This document shows, piece by piece, positions 23,225 to 33,941 of a stretch of 40,363 nt of DNA. Every line of letters starts with the position of its first letter. Positions within the stretch are counted from its first letter, which is position 1. The position numbers were made by a program, and so were the translations under genes. This DNA comes from Mesotaenium endlicherianum (lineage: Eukaryota). The stretch covers positions 613,076-653,438 of the forward strand of contig WELA01003606.1 in assembly GCA_009602735.1 (NCBI GenBank), read 5' to 3'. The notes below the pieces were generated by a model, which worked only from the letters and a program-made list of their open reading frames with translations, did not search any database and was not told the origin of the DNA.

Positions 23225-24612
23225 TAAGCAAGGGAATGCCAGCCAGCCCCGTGAAAACCGAGCAAGGGGTTGGCAGCCCACCCCCACTAAAACCCTGAAA
23301 CAGCAAGCAAGGGGCTAGCTGCCAGCCTCGACAGAAAAAAGCAAAGGGGCACAACAGCAGCTAGCCCCAATAAAAACCCTGACTTAACGAGCAAGAGGCT
23401 GGCAGCCCACCCCGACTTAAACACATTGCAAGCGAGGGGCTGGCAGCCAACCTCGACAAAAGCAAGCAAGGGGCACAACAATAGCCAGCCCCGACTAAAA
23501 CCCTAAACCAACAAGAGGGGCTGGCAACCAGCCCCAACACAAGCAAGCAAGGGGCTGGCAGCTAGCACCCCAAAAAGCAAGCAAGGGGCTGGCAGCCAGC
23601 CCCGACACAAGGAAGCAAGGGGCTGGTTGCCAGCCCCCTCAAAAGCACGCAAGGGGCTGGCAGCCAGCCCCCCTAAGAGCAAGCAAGGGGCTGGTTGCCA
23701 GCCCCGACAAAAGCACGCAAGGGGCTGGCAGCCAGCCCCCCTAAGATCAAGCAAGGGGTTGGTTGCCAGTCCCAACACAAGCAATGAAGGGGCTGGTTGC
23801 CAGCCCCAACACAAGCAATGAAGGGGCTGGTTGCCAGCCCGACACAATGAAGCAAGGGGCTGGCTGCCAGCCCCGACACAGGCAAGCAAGGGGCTGGCTG
23901 CCAGCCCCAACACAAAAAAGCAAGGGGCTGGTTGCCAGCCCCCCAAAAAGCAAACAAGGGGCTGGCAGCCAGCCCCGACACAAGCAAGCAAGGGGCTGGT
24001 TGCCAGCCCCGACAAAAGCACGCAAGGGGCTGGCAGCCAGCCCCGACACAGGGAAGCAAGGGGCTGGTTGCCAGCCCCGACAAAAGTACACAAGGGGCTG
24101 GCAGCTAGCCCCCCTAAGAGCAAGCAAGGGGCTGGTTGCCAGCCCCCCAAAAAGCATGCAAGGGGCTGGCAGCTAGTCTCGACACAAGCAATGAAGGGGT
24201 TAGTTGCCAGCCCCAACACAATAAAGCAAGGGGCTAGCAGCCAGCCGCGACACAGGCAAGCAAGGGGCTGGCTGCTAGCCCCACCACAAAAAAGCAAGGG
24301 GCTGGTTGCCAGCCCCCCAAAAAGCAAACAAGGGGCTGGCAGCCAGCCCCGACACAAGCAAGCAAGGGGCTGGTTGCCAGCCCTGACAAAAGCACGCAAG
24401 GGGCTGGCAGCCAGCCCCCCTAAGATCAAGCAAGGGGCTGGTTGCCAGCCCCCCAAAAAGCAAACAAGGGGCTGGCAGCCAGCCCCGACACAAGCAAGCA
24501 AGGGGCTGGTTGCCAGCCCTGACAAAAGCACGCAAGGGGCTGGCAGCCAGCCCCTGTAAGAGCAAGCAAGGGGCTGGCAGCCAGCCCCAACAATAGCAAG
24601 CAAGGGGCTGGT
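23225..24612. repeat. Palindromic minisatellite block 2, roughly 40 units of ~32-34 bp
   Basis: Core GGGGCTGG(CAG/TTG)CCAGCCCC with higher-order periodicity. Confidence 0.95.
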
Positions 24613-25255
24613 CGCAAAGAGGGCAAGAGGGGACGGACGCACCTGAGAGATGTTGGTGGTGAGGCGCGTGAGCGTGAAGACGGCGCCACCTTGTAGTACA
24701 GAACGGGCTTGAATCACGCCGTCCACTCCAGCTTCGGCCCGTCCGCTGCTGGCCTGGATGTGTTATAGCCTGAGGAATGCAAGGCAGCAAGGTCCTAAAT
24801 GCGGAAGTAAGAAAACTTACGATGAATAGCAGGTGCGAAATACAAAGAAAGGCGCTAGAAGTTTCTTAAGTAGGCTCCGCGAAATTGGCCAAAAGGATTG
24901 TAGCTTGTAAGATGGGCAGCAACTCAAGCAGATGCACGTTGGGGGCGAAAATTGAAATGGCTGGTGGCCAAAATATTGGTGAAAAGGCTAGTGACTTTCT
25001 TTTAGTTCCTGCCGTTGCTCCACAAACCTGTCAAGATGCACTTGGTAGTTTGGATCCCGTCGATTGACGATGTATGCAAAGTCACGAGTGAAACAGAGCG
25101 TGCGGTGGCGGACGTGAAGGTGTCAAAACGTTGCTGGGCGGCGCGCACGAATAAAAAGTTAATCGTACGCTTAGTACGAGCGTACCGACGCAGTACGCTT
25201 ATTTAAGCGTACGAAGGTTGGCCAATACGGCGTACGGCGTAACCCAACTTTTATG

Positions 25256-25831
25256 GAGCAGATGGCCAAGACTTGGGATATGGCAACGACGTGTATTCGG
25301 AAGGTACAGGAAGAGCAGGTCAAGCATGCTAACAAGCACAGGAGGGAAGTGACATTCCATGTGGGCGACAAAGTACTCTTGTCCACAGAGAACCTACCTT
25401 TCACAGGCAAGAGGAAACTGCGGGCACGGTTTACAGGTCCCTTTGTAGTGCTCAAGCAGGTAAATCCAGTGGCCTACAAGTTGGAACTTTCTTCAGGCTG
25501 GCGTATCCATGATGTGTTCCATGTTAGTTGTTTGCGGCCATACGTTGACCCGAATGAAGGACATCCAGGACGACTACCTACACCGCCACCACCAGTCGAG
25601 ATCGATGATGTATTGGAGTAGGATGTGGAGGCGATTGTCGGCGGTCGACGAGTCAAGCGAGGTCAACGACTTGTTCAAGAGTATCTGGTCAAGTGGAAGG
25701 GCTACCATGCGGACGACAACACTTGGGAGCCAGAGGCCAACTTGACTCATTGTAATAGTAAGTTGAGACTTTATTTGCAGAATGCGTCGAGGACGTCGCA
25801 TCTTGAGGAGGGGGATGATGTAAGGTCATAG
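25256..25831 (+). pseudogene. Element B integrase C-terminus (GPF) and chromodomain
   Basis: [35 protein letters not shown]; stop at 25619. Confidence 0.9.
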
Positions 25832-26557
25832 GTTTATAAAGTGCATTTTTAAGTTTCATGAATGTATGTTTTGATTGCATAGAAGTCTAAAGTGCACTTT
25901 TGTGGTCGTTTTGATACCAAGTTCATCGAATTTGGTCAAGTATTGAGAGAGTTATGGATTTCCAAAATTTAATAAGTTTTGAGGTCGGTTGACGACTGTC
26001 CTTAATTCGCGGTGAGCGCGACCGTCGATTGAGCGTCGAGCGATCTGGCCCGTTAGAATAAACTCGAACCTTCACGTAAGTTCGGCTGACGCGGAGTGCC
26101 GACTAGGTCGATTTACCTCGAAGTTTCGGTTTAGCCTAGCGCGTCTAAGATAGAATATTCTAGTAATGTTGATGCATGTATGTGGACGTCAATTCGGCCC
26201 GACATGTCAGATTAGACCGATCTGGCTTTCTCACAAATATTCTGGAAGGGACGATTTGACGAACATTTAAGAAAATCCGTAGCTTCCCTCTAGAGAGGAG
26301 CACTTAGGCAGAAAATTATAAAAAGGCATAACTTCTTTGTTTCTTATCAGTTTTCACTTCTGTAAATTTCTACGGATTTGTAATGACAAGGCCTTTCTTT
26401 CTAGATCATTTGTGAGCAGTTTCTTGCTACTCAAAATGTTGAGTATTTTTCCTAAGCTTTCCTAGTGATATGCGGCTGCACTCTCTATAGTATGATTGCA
26501 ACTAGTTCCTTTCCTCGTGAATCACTATGCTTCCACTAGGGCAATTTGCCCTTTTCA
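25819..26557 (+). repeat. Element B 3' LTR
   Basis: Pair of 12992-13740; follows the PPT. Confidence 0.95.
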
Positions 26558-28678
26558 TTGAGGGCGCGATAGTCCACACACATCCTCAAAGTACCGTCCT
26601 TCTTCTTGACAAATAGCACCGGGGCTCCAGATGGCGACTTGCTAGGTCGAATAAAGTCCTGGTCCAGTAGCTCCTTAATTTGCTTCTTAACTTTGTCTAG
26701 CTCCGTGTATGACATCTTGAACGTAGGTCGAGAGATGGGCTTGCTTCCGGGCTCCAACTCTATCTTGTGGTCTACGAATCTCTTACGGGGTAGGCCCTTG
26801 GGCATATCTGGGGAGAATACTTCTTCGTAGTCCTTCAAGACTTCTTGTACCTCCTCGGGAACAGGACTGACTCTCAATGTCTTTCTTGATGTCTTTTGGC
26901 GTGATCAAGGCTAAAAGAAGCTCGTGTCTCTTCCTCACAAGTCTCTTGAGTTGGAGGGCGGACAATAGTATCTCTTGTGCCGGCTTCTTGATGTCTTGGG
27001 TCTAGATATTCTGGATTGCGCGCAAAATACAGATTCTTGAAGTGATGTCATTCTTGATCTTGATAGTACCGTCTCTCCAATCAACTTGGGGGTTGTGCTT
27101 GGTCAACCAAGGCGTCCCTAGGATGACGTCGTACTTGCCCAATTGCATGGGGAAAAACACTACTCTATCCTTGAAGGACTTGATAGAAAATGACAAGGGG
27201 TACGTCTTCTTGGAAGGGGTAGTATAGGAAGATTCGTCGGGCATCATAATCTTCTCGTCGTGGTCAAGAGTTCGCATAGTAATACCGTGCTTGGTGGCAA
27301 AATCTGCAGCGATGAAGTTGCCTTGAGCTCCGCTATCCACCAAGATGTGGACCTTCTCTCCTCCAAGGTAACCTCTCAAACTCATTGGAGCTGGAACGTC
27401 GTCTTCAACGGGGGTCTCCACCTCACTTGGCTTGTTGTCTTTTCGTGAAGTGGGTCTTGGGGTGGTAGGCTCCTGGCCTACCGGCGCTGTCCGTTTTTTG
27501 ACAACTTTTTGGGGCATGAGAGTGCACAATGGCTCTTTTCCTTACGAAAAAAGCATAGTCCAGCCGTCATGAGAGCTTCTCAGCCGGGGAGAGTCTTCCT
27601 TTCACTCCTTGCTGGTTTCTTGCATCATAAGTGTCATTGGAGGGTCTTCCACTCTTCCAGGCAGCCGCGGGGTCCCTTTTAATAACTCCAATTTCCATGG
27701 GTGTGGGTCCAGATTCGGATGTGGAAGGGGTTGCGTACACCCGCGTCGCCGGTGCCCGTGAAGATGAAGGCACGGAGTGCTTGAAGTCCAAGGAATGCAC
27801 CTTTTGAGCCACTTCAATAATCTTTGAAAATTCCGTTAAGCCGTGTAATTCCACTTCTTTTGCCATCTTGGACTTGAGGCCAGACACATAACTATCAATC
27901 TTCTCCTCGAGCGACATGTTGGGGATCTCAAGAGTGAGGTCATGAAATCTGGATGTATATTCTTGAACGAACGTTGTTTGCTTGAGATGGCAAAGCTTTT
28001 CTCGAGCAATTTTCTCTGCATTGATGAGCATGAATTGTTTCTGGAGGGCTTCACAAAAATTCACCCATCTTGCATATGATGGTCGGGGCTCTTGACCGGG
28101 TACGGGATGCGCCACAGCTTGATATACATCCGCTTGATAGTTCCGCCACCATGATGTTACTGCTCCTCTAAGCAAGGTAACGGCAAAAGGGACGTAGTCC
28201 TCCTCGGGTACTTCAAGGAATGTGAGGTACGTCTCCACTTGTAGAGTCACAGATTTGGTTTGGCTCCTCTCCCAGGATTGAAAGTGTCTGGTTTGCCAGG
28301 CTTGATGAGTTTCCTTGCTCTTATACGCTCTTGTGGAGGCGCTTGAGCCGAGGCTGGATTTTGAGCGTTGCTCGCAATAGGGACAACCATGGCAGCCATA
28401 GCTTCTCTAGACGCTTACACGGTTGCTTCATAGGTGGCCAAGCCCACTTGGTTGTGGACGGTCATTAGGAAGTCTGCCCACTCATTTGCGGGAACTCCTT
28501 GTGGTGGAGTCAACTTTGCTATAGCGGCTGCCTCGGGATTTGACAGTGCTCCTCCTTGTTGTGCTTCTTGTTGTTGCAGATTTTCTTGAGTGGGCTCTTC
28601 CATCGGCGCTGGAGGAGGGTCTCTTGGAGAGGAAGGGCTTCCTTCGAAAGCTTGCTGTTGGTCTTGAGGATTGGCCAT
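26558..28678 (-). pseudogene. Element A gag, aspartic protease and RT N-terminus
   Basis: Retrotransposon gag (VQEYTSRF, GPTPMEIG), decayed CCHC knuckle, LVDSGA protease motif, [23 protein letters not shown]; multiple stops and frameshifts. Confidence 0.9.
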
Positions 28679-28702
28679 CTTCTTGTGCTACCAAAGTGCC
28701 TA

Positions 28703-28714
28703 GCTCCGATACGA
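28703..28714 (-). promoter_or_regulatory. Element A primer-binding site (tRNA-iMet type, TCGTATCGGAGC)
   Basis: 1 nt from the LTR end; variant of TGGTATCAGAGC. Confidence 0.8.
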
Positions 28715-28715
28715 C

Positions 28716-29216
28716 TGTAGTGAAACAGATAGATAAAGTACTTAGTAAAATAGAATACTTTATCTATTCAAAACAAGGATCTTTGAACACAAGTGGTAGC
28801 TTCTTGAAAGAGAGATGGCTTCTTGAAAGTTAATATATTTTGGAACTTGGCATGTACAAGAGTGATTCTCGAATGTCTTTCTATGTTCTAGCTCTTGTTT
28901 ATATACTTGCTACATAAGTAATTTCTAGGAAGGTGTATGTTGATGTGTTGGCACCCAACACCTCTCAAAACTTGCCACCTCTTTGTAGAATAATATACAC
29001 ATGTTTTTTTGACCTAAAAATGGCACAGTTGACTTTTGCCACATGGAGTTCTTCTAGGTCTTTCCTCTAACTTCGAAAATGCCTTAGAAGGTTCAAAGGA
29101 CATGAACCAAGTCACTAGAGTATCTATTCACACTTAACTCCACACAATACTACTCCAATATATTCAAAAGCATTAAAATACATGCAAACTAATATACTAT
29201 AACTCAAATCACTACA
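28716..29216 (-). repeat. Element A 5' LTR
   Basis: Pair of 9078-9575; followed on the minus strand by the PBS and the gag ATG at 28678. Confidence 0.95.
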
Positions 29217-29331
29217 TCCTCATTCCACACTACTAACACTTAGCAAAAAATTTCAAAACGATAGCTTATTTTTAGTTTTCTTACACCCCTCCCTTTCAGC
29301 TAAGGCGTCCCTGCCTTTTCGCTGAAAGCTT

Positions 29332-31044
29332 CTATTTCCTGGCTCTGCGGCTGGGGGTTTTAGGAAGGCAGTAGGACATTCCCACCGTCCTGCCATCATC
29401 TCTTCTTTGCCAATGCAGAAGGTGTGCCGACGGGCACTACACTTATCGCAAGTTATCATTGCTTCTTGATCATCCAGCACTTTGCAACTGGCACAAGGCA
29501 TGGCTGGCACCAATTCCTCGGGCACAGTCTTAACCGTAGGATCGATATTTGGCAAATGGCACAGCAAACAGTTCTGCTCGTGATCTCTCATGGTCTTGCA
29601 GTCAGAACCTTCCAGTTCCAACACACAATTGTCGAACGCATGTTACACGCGTAAGATCACTGCACCTGAACTGGTGTCGAGGGTGGTCTTGGTCTGGCGC
29701 TTGCGGTAGACAAAATCTCCTTCCTAGATCTGCGTCATTTGCAAGCGGTAGCTCCCATCTCGCGTCCTGGCGTAACGCTGCGTATCTCTTTTCTGCGCAA
29801 TTTTTAGATTGTCCTGGGCGGCAGGCATCATGCGCTCAAGTAACGCCTTGCGGCGTACCATGACCTTTAGCAGTTCATCAGGGTCGTCCAGGTCTTTCCA
29901 CTGCTCATTCTCCTGCTTGATGCTGCTGGGAACAACTGGGCTTTTGCCAAACAGAATCTGGTAAGGCGAGTAATTCGCCAAAGCAGCTTGCTTGCTAAAT
30001 CTGTAACCCATAAACAGCCATGGCAGGGCCAGACCCCAATCACGCTTATCATGCTCAAGGCAAAATTTGCGCAAAGCAGACTTAATGGTTTGCACCATCC
30101 GTTCTGCTAGACCATCTGCTTGTGGGTGATCTCTAGACGTAGTGCGATGGTTAGTGAAGCATCTGTCCAAGAGTTTCTGGAAAGATCCTTGGACCTCAAA
30201 CCCTTGGTCTTTCAGCACTTTTGCTGGAGCTCCATGACGTACAATCACACCGTTGAGAAGCACTTTTGCGGTCCCTAAGCTCTCCTTTGGAGTTAGAGGC
30301 ACAACCTCTATCCACTTAGAGAAATGCTCAATCATGACCATAATGTACTTGTTACCTCGCTTGGACAACGGTAGCTCGCCTGCGAGATCGCAGCTCCAAC
30401 GGTAGCCTAGGCCCATGATTGGCAAAGGTTGCAGATGTGGATGTTGCTGTGTAAAACCAGCCTTGACGCGATCACAGCTTTGGCAGGCCTTGACCACATC
30501 CTCACACTACTGCTTCATGCCCCTCCACCAGTAAGACAGCTCGAGAAGAATGTACGTCTTCTTGACAACATAGTGTCCAGTATTCCCGTGCATTTCCTGC
30601 ACCAGAGCTCGCCTTTTGGTGGATTCTGGCACCAACTTCTCGTGACCAATTTCTTCAATCTTGAAGAGGTTATTGCGTTTCCAGCAAGATCTTTTAGCTC
30701 AATGGCTCACCTGGTCCTTCTCTTTCACAGATAATTCCTCCATGTGGATTCTCGTCTTCAGCCAGTGCATAGTGGCTTGATCTTTCCAGATCTTTGGACT
30801 GAACATGGGTAGAGGTGCAGCTTCACTTGATGCTACCATTCTAGCCATTTCGGCCAAGCAGGCTGCCAACTCTGCTGGGCTACTCGGATCTTCGTCTTCT
30901 GGAGCTCTTGTTTTGTCGTCTGAGCATGGGTCCGGGTTCCTGCTGAGTCCATCGGCGTCGTTGAGTCCACCGGCTCGGTGCACCATCGTCATCTGGTACT
31001 CTTGGAGCTTGAGAGCCCAGCGAGCCAATTTACCAGTGAGGTCT
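29332..31044 (-). pseudogene. Element D pol remnant: RNase H end, integrase, PHD finger
   Basis: GKLARWALKLQEY, DADGLSR, CQSCDR, WSCDLAGELP, HPQADGLAERMVQ, CASC..CDKC..HTFC..WECP. Several in-frame stops and a 1-nt frameshift at the last PHD Cys. Confidence 0.85.
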
Positions 31045-31515
31045 TGTAATGAATCAGTATATTAGTAGATATAACATTCATTTAAATATAATAGTTAATC
31101 ATGTTCAGCCTGCTGAACTCTAGCTAAATATTCAGTTTGCTGGACTTTATATTTAATAGCAATTTAATGACTCAGCCGGAAGCAGCAGGATGAAGTCAAC
31201 TTAAGTCAGCTTGCTGACACATTCTTTGACAGCCAGCTGACTTCCGTACTCGGTAGCAGCGACCTGCCTCAATATGCATCTAAGTATGATAGGCTGGATG
31301 AATGGCCAGATGACATCCCTATGATGGATGGCGATTCGGGATGATGGGAGATGGCGCTGAATTTGGTTAACCGAGGTCTTACCAACGTGGTTAACTCCCG
31401 GGTAGGCAGTGCCATCGCACTGGCCGTTGAACAGTAAACTCATTCCATGTACATAGGCTAGGATTGCTCTCGAGTTCGGCATTCGGAAAAGAGGCCAACT
31501 CTCTTGTACAGCTTA

Positions 31516-32915
31516 AGGGAGGGGTCTGGGTGACTGAAACCACTTCAGGCAGGCTGAAGCTGGTCGTTCCTAATAACTTGGAAATAAGGTCCCTTTTATT
31601 GAGTCAAGCACATGAAAGTTTATTGGGTGGGCATTTGGGGCAGGCCAAAACTGTTGGCAAACTGGCAAAACATTATCATTGGGAGGGATTGCCCCGAGAG
31701 GTCTTGAAATATGTGAATAACTGTGATCAGTGTCAAAGAAATAAGTCCAGGCACACACCACTGGGAGGTCTCTTGCAACCGCTGCCCATCCCAGCGAGAC
31801 GCTGGGAAACTATATCCGTGGACTGGGTGGTCACACTGCCACGAACTGCTAATGGGCATGATTCAATACTGGAAGTCGTGGATAAACCGACAAAAATGTT
31901 CATTTTCATCCCCACAACTGTCAAAGTCACTGCACTCAAAACCGCGAGACAGTTCTACAACCATGTAGTATGCCAACATGGGCTCCCCTCTAATATCATC
32001 TCAGACCGAGACTCAAAATTTACCTCCAAGTTCTGGAGAGCTTTAATGGGGTTAATGGGAGTCAAACAGCTGCTCAGCACAACAAACCCCCCTTAGACTG
32101 ATGGGCAAACTGAAAGAACTAACCGAGTTCTCCAGGAGGTGCTGAGAGCATATATTAACCAAAAACAAGATAATTGGGATGACTTCTTGCCTCAAATTCA
32201 TTTTGCAGTCAATAGCGCGGTGCACGCGTCAACGGGCAAGACTCCTTTTAAACTCAGCTTGGGTAGAGTCCCTAAGTCTCCTTTAGATGTACCGGGGGAG
32301 TCTTTAACTCACCCTGAAGGAATTGACAATCCGGTCTCCCTCCAGTTAACTCAGGAGTTTGCTGACACACTGTCAGAAGTCCAATAAAACCTGCACAAAG
32401 CCCAAGAAAACCACCAAAAATACGCTAATCAACACCGTCGGGAGCTGACATTTTCTCAGGGCGATTTAGTCAAACTGCATTCCCAGCACCTGTACCTCCC
32501 TGGTGTGGTCAAGAAAAACCTTGGCCTTGTCTGGGTCGGTCCATATTCGGTGGTGCGTCGTGTCGGTCAGAATGCTTACAAACTGAACATGTCAGCAGAC
32601 TACAAGGGTCACCCGGTCTTTAATGTCTCCTTCCTGGAACCATACATCAAAGGTGATACACTGTTCACAGGTCGGTTACCTGTCCAATCGGGACCGGTCC
32701 CCGCTGTTTGGGCCGGCGACCCTGAGAAATATGAGGTTGAGGAGATTTTAGACGCGCGCTCGGTCCGTCGATCGTCTAAAGATGTCATGAAGTACCTCAT
32801 TCGATGGAAGGGTTACGATGCCTCTGAGGACACTTGGGAATCTAAAGACCATTTGACTAATGCCAAAGGGGCGTTGAAACGATTCCACCTTCAGGCGGCT
32901 GGAGCATCCCCCTAA
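31516..32915 (+). pseudogene. Element E integrase and chromodomain
   Basis: Collinear with the C-terminal ~465 aa of F pol; stops at 32094 and 32385. Confidence 0.92.
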
Positions 32916-32989
32916 CAGTCAATTCCATTGACACGGGAAGGTGACAGGAGGTCCTGTCTCCATTTAGGAAAACATGACAGTTAGTCTGC

Positions 32990-33111
32990 GAGAGCGTGAA
33001 CGGGGACAGTTATAAGAACCCTAAGTGTCAGCATAGTGACAGAGCGGACAGAGAGCGTGAACAGGGACGGCTATGTGAACCCTAAGTGTCAGCATAGTGA
33101 CAGAGGGGACA
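32990..33111 (+). repeat. 2 x 61-bp tandem repeat upstream of E's extra ORF
   Basis: gagagcgtgaac...gaaccctaagtgtcagcatagtgacagag..gaca twice; absent in F. Confidence 0.85.
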
Positions 33112-33330
33112 GCCTGGCCCACATAAAACACCACCTTTAGCTGAGGGAAAAACGAAAAACACATTCATACGTTTATGTCTAGTACACCGCAACAACGTCA
33201 ACTCCTAGCAATCACCCTGTGAGGTAAACAGGAACGAATACACTATACTAATACAAACTTACTCCCTTCCTGAAACTTCTAGGACAAGAGTCGATATCCT
33301 ACTAACTTGTGCCCTCGTTACATGTGCAGA

Positions 33331-33941
33331 ATGGCTCCCACCACACAAAAGGAGGACAGGAAGCGCAAGGCAGAAGGAGCCACGAGGACAATGGAGCAAT
33401 ACCAGAAGGAGCTGGCGGCGACGTCCTTCACCAAGAGAGAACAAGAAAGGGTCCGCAAACAACAAGAGGCGGCAGAAGAGGCACAGAGGAGGAAGGATTA
33501 GGAAGCGGAAAACCTCAGGAAAGCTGAGGAGGAGAGACAGAAGAAACTACAAAAAGAAGCGGCGGCGGCAGAGGAGGAGAAAAGGAAAAAGGCTGAAGCG
33601 GACAGGCAGAAGAGCTTGGCCACTTACAGGTATACTGTGGTGGGTGGCCAAAACTTTGATAACCTGAAGGAAGCATTACTGGCAGTCCAGGAGATCAACA
33701 AGCTGGAACAGACAACACTGCTACAGAGAGAAGGAACTGCAGCACTGGATAGGTACATTGAGACACACACTGGTGTGGTCCTCTACGAGGAATATGCCAA
33801 GATGGTGGGCTATACAGCAGAGCTGGCCCGGTACCTTGCCGATGATTCAGAGAACAAGCTAGTTCCAATATCGGGAACAGTGGGAGATGAAAGACTCATC
33901 AGAATGGTGAGCATGCGGCCCGATAGATTTAAGAACACGGT
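33331..33941 (+). pseudogene. Element E extra ORF, N-terminal ~203 codons (one CAG>TAG stop, truncated by F)
   Basis: Collinear with F 36451-35841. Confidence 0.88.

Larger units (their letters stand above)
17691..25247 (-). mobile_element. Element C: hAT DNA transposon, 7557 bp
   Basis: TIRs CAGGGTTACGCCGTACGC / rc TTGGGTTACGCCGTACGC (16 of 18 match), perfect 8-bp TSD CTTTTATG (17683-17690, 25248-25255), subterminal (G)TACGCTTA repeats at both ends, internal transposase. Confidence 0.96.
12992..26557 (+). mobile_element. Element B: full-length degenerate Ty3/gypsy chromovirus (interrupted by hAT C)
   Basis: LTRs 12992-13740 and 25819-26557 (TG...CA), perfect 5-bp TSD TTGAG (12987-12991, 26558-26562), PBS TGGTATCGGAGC, PPT GAGGAGGGGGATGA 25805-25818. 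Inserted within the YRALN codons of A's RT. Confidence 0.96.
9078..29216 (-). mobile_element. Element A: full-length degenerate Ty3/gypsy chromovirus (interrupted by B)
   Basis: Paired LTRs 9078-9575 and 28716-29216 (TGT...ACA), PBS 28703-28714, PPT 9576-9590, domain order gag-PR-RT-RH-IN-chromo. The TSD is imperfect (tctctc / tcctc); the empty-site analogue agttcctcattcc is at 7581-7593. Confidence 0.93.
8452..31044 (-). mobile_element. Element D: Ty3/gypsy LTR retrotransposon with an integrase C-terminal PHD finger; 3' portion only, interrupted by A and E
   Basis: The 3' LTR starts TGTAAG at 29285 (minus) right after PPT GAAAGGGAGGGG (29286-29297) and continues on the other side of A (9077 leftward). 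The left LTR end is uncertain: 8452 is guessed from a TGTCG terminus, and homology is certain only to 8798. RNase H end, integrase and PHD lie at 29332-31044. Confidence 0.75.
31045..33941 (+). mobile_element. Element E: internally deleted chromovirus of the same family as F; left part, interrupted by F
   Basis: Starts TGTAATGAATC. Partial LTR 31045-~31515 (inverted match to 34190-34660) is fused directly to integrase-chromodomain and then the extra ORF. Confidence 0.9.

Noticed and set aside
21455..23510. Interstitial telomere (taaaaccctaa motifs)
   Set aside because: Isolated single units embedded in repeat linkers, not tandem telomeric arrays.
23225..24612. CRISPR-like array of palindromic repeats
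   Set aside because: Linkers are only ~8-14 nt and similar to each other, there are no cas genes, and the context is a eukaryotic transposon; it is a minisatellite.
21827..24790. Long Cys/Leu-rich or Gln/Lys-rich ORFs (e.g. 23503-24726, 23831-24559)
   Set aside because: By-products of the stop-poor tandem repeat, open in many frames.
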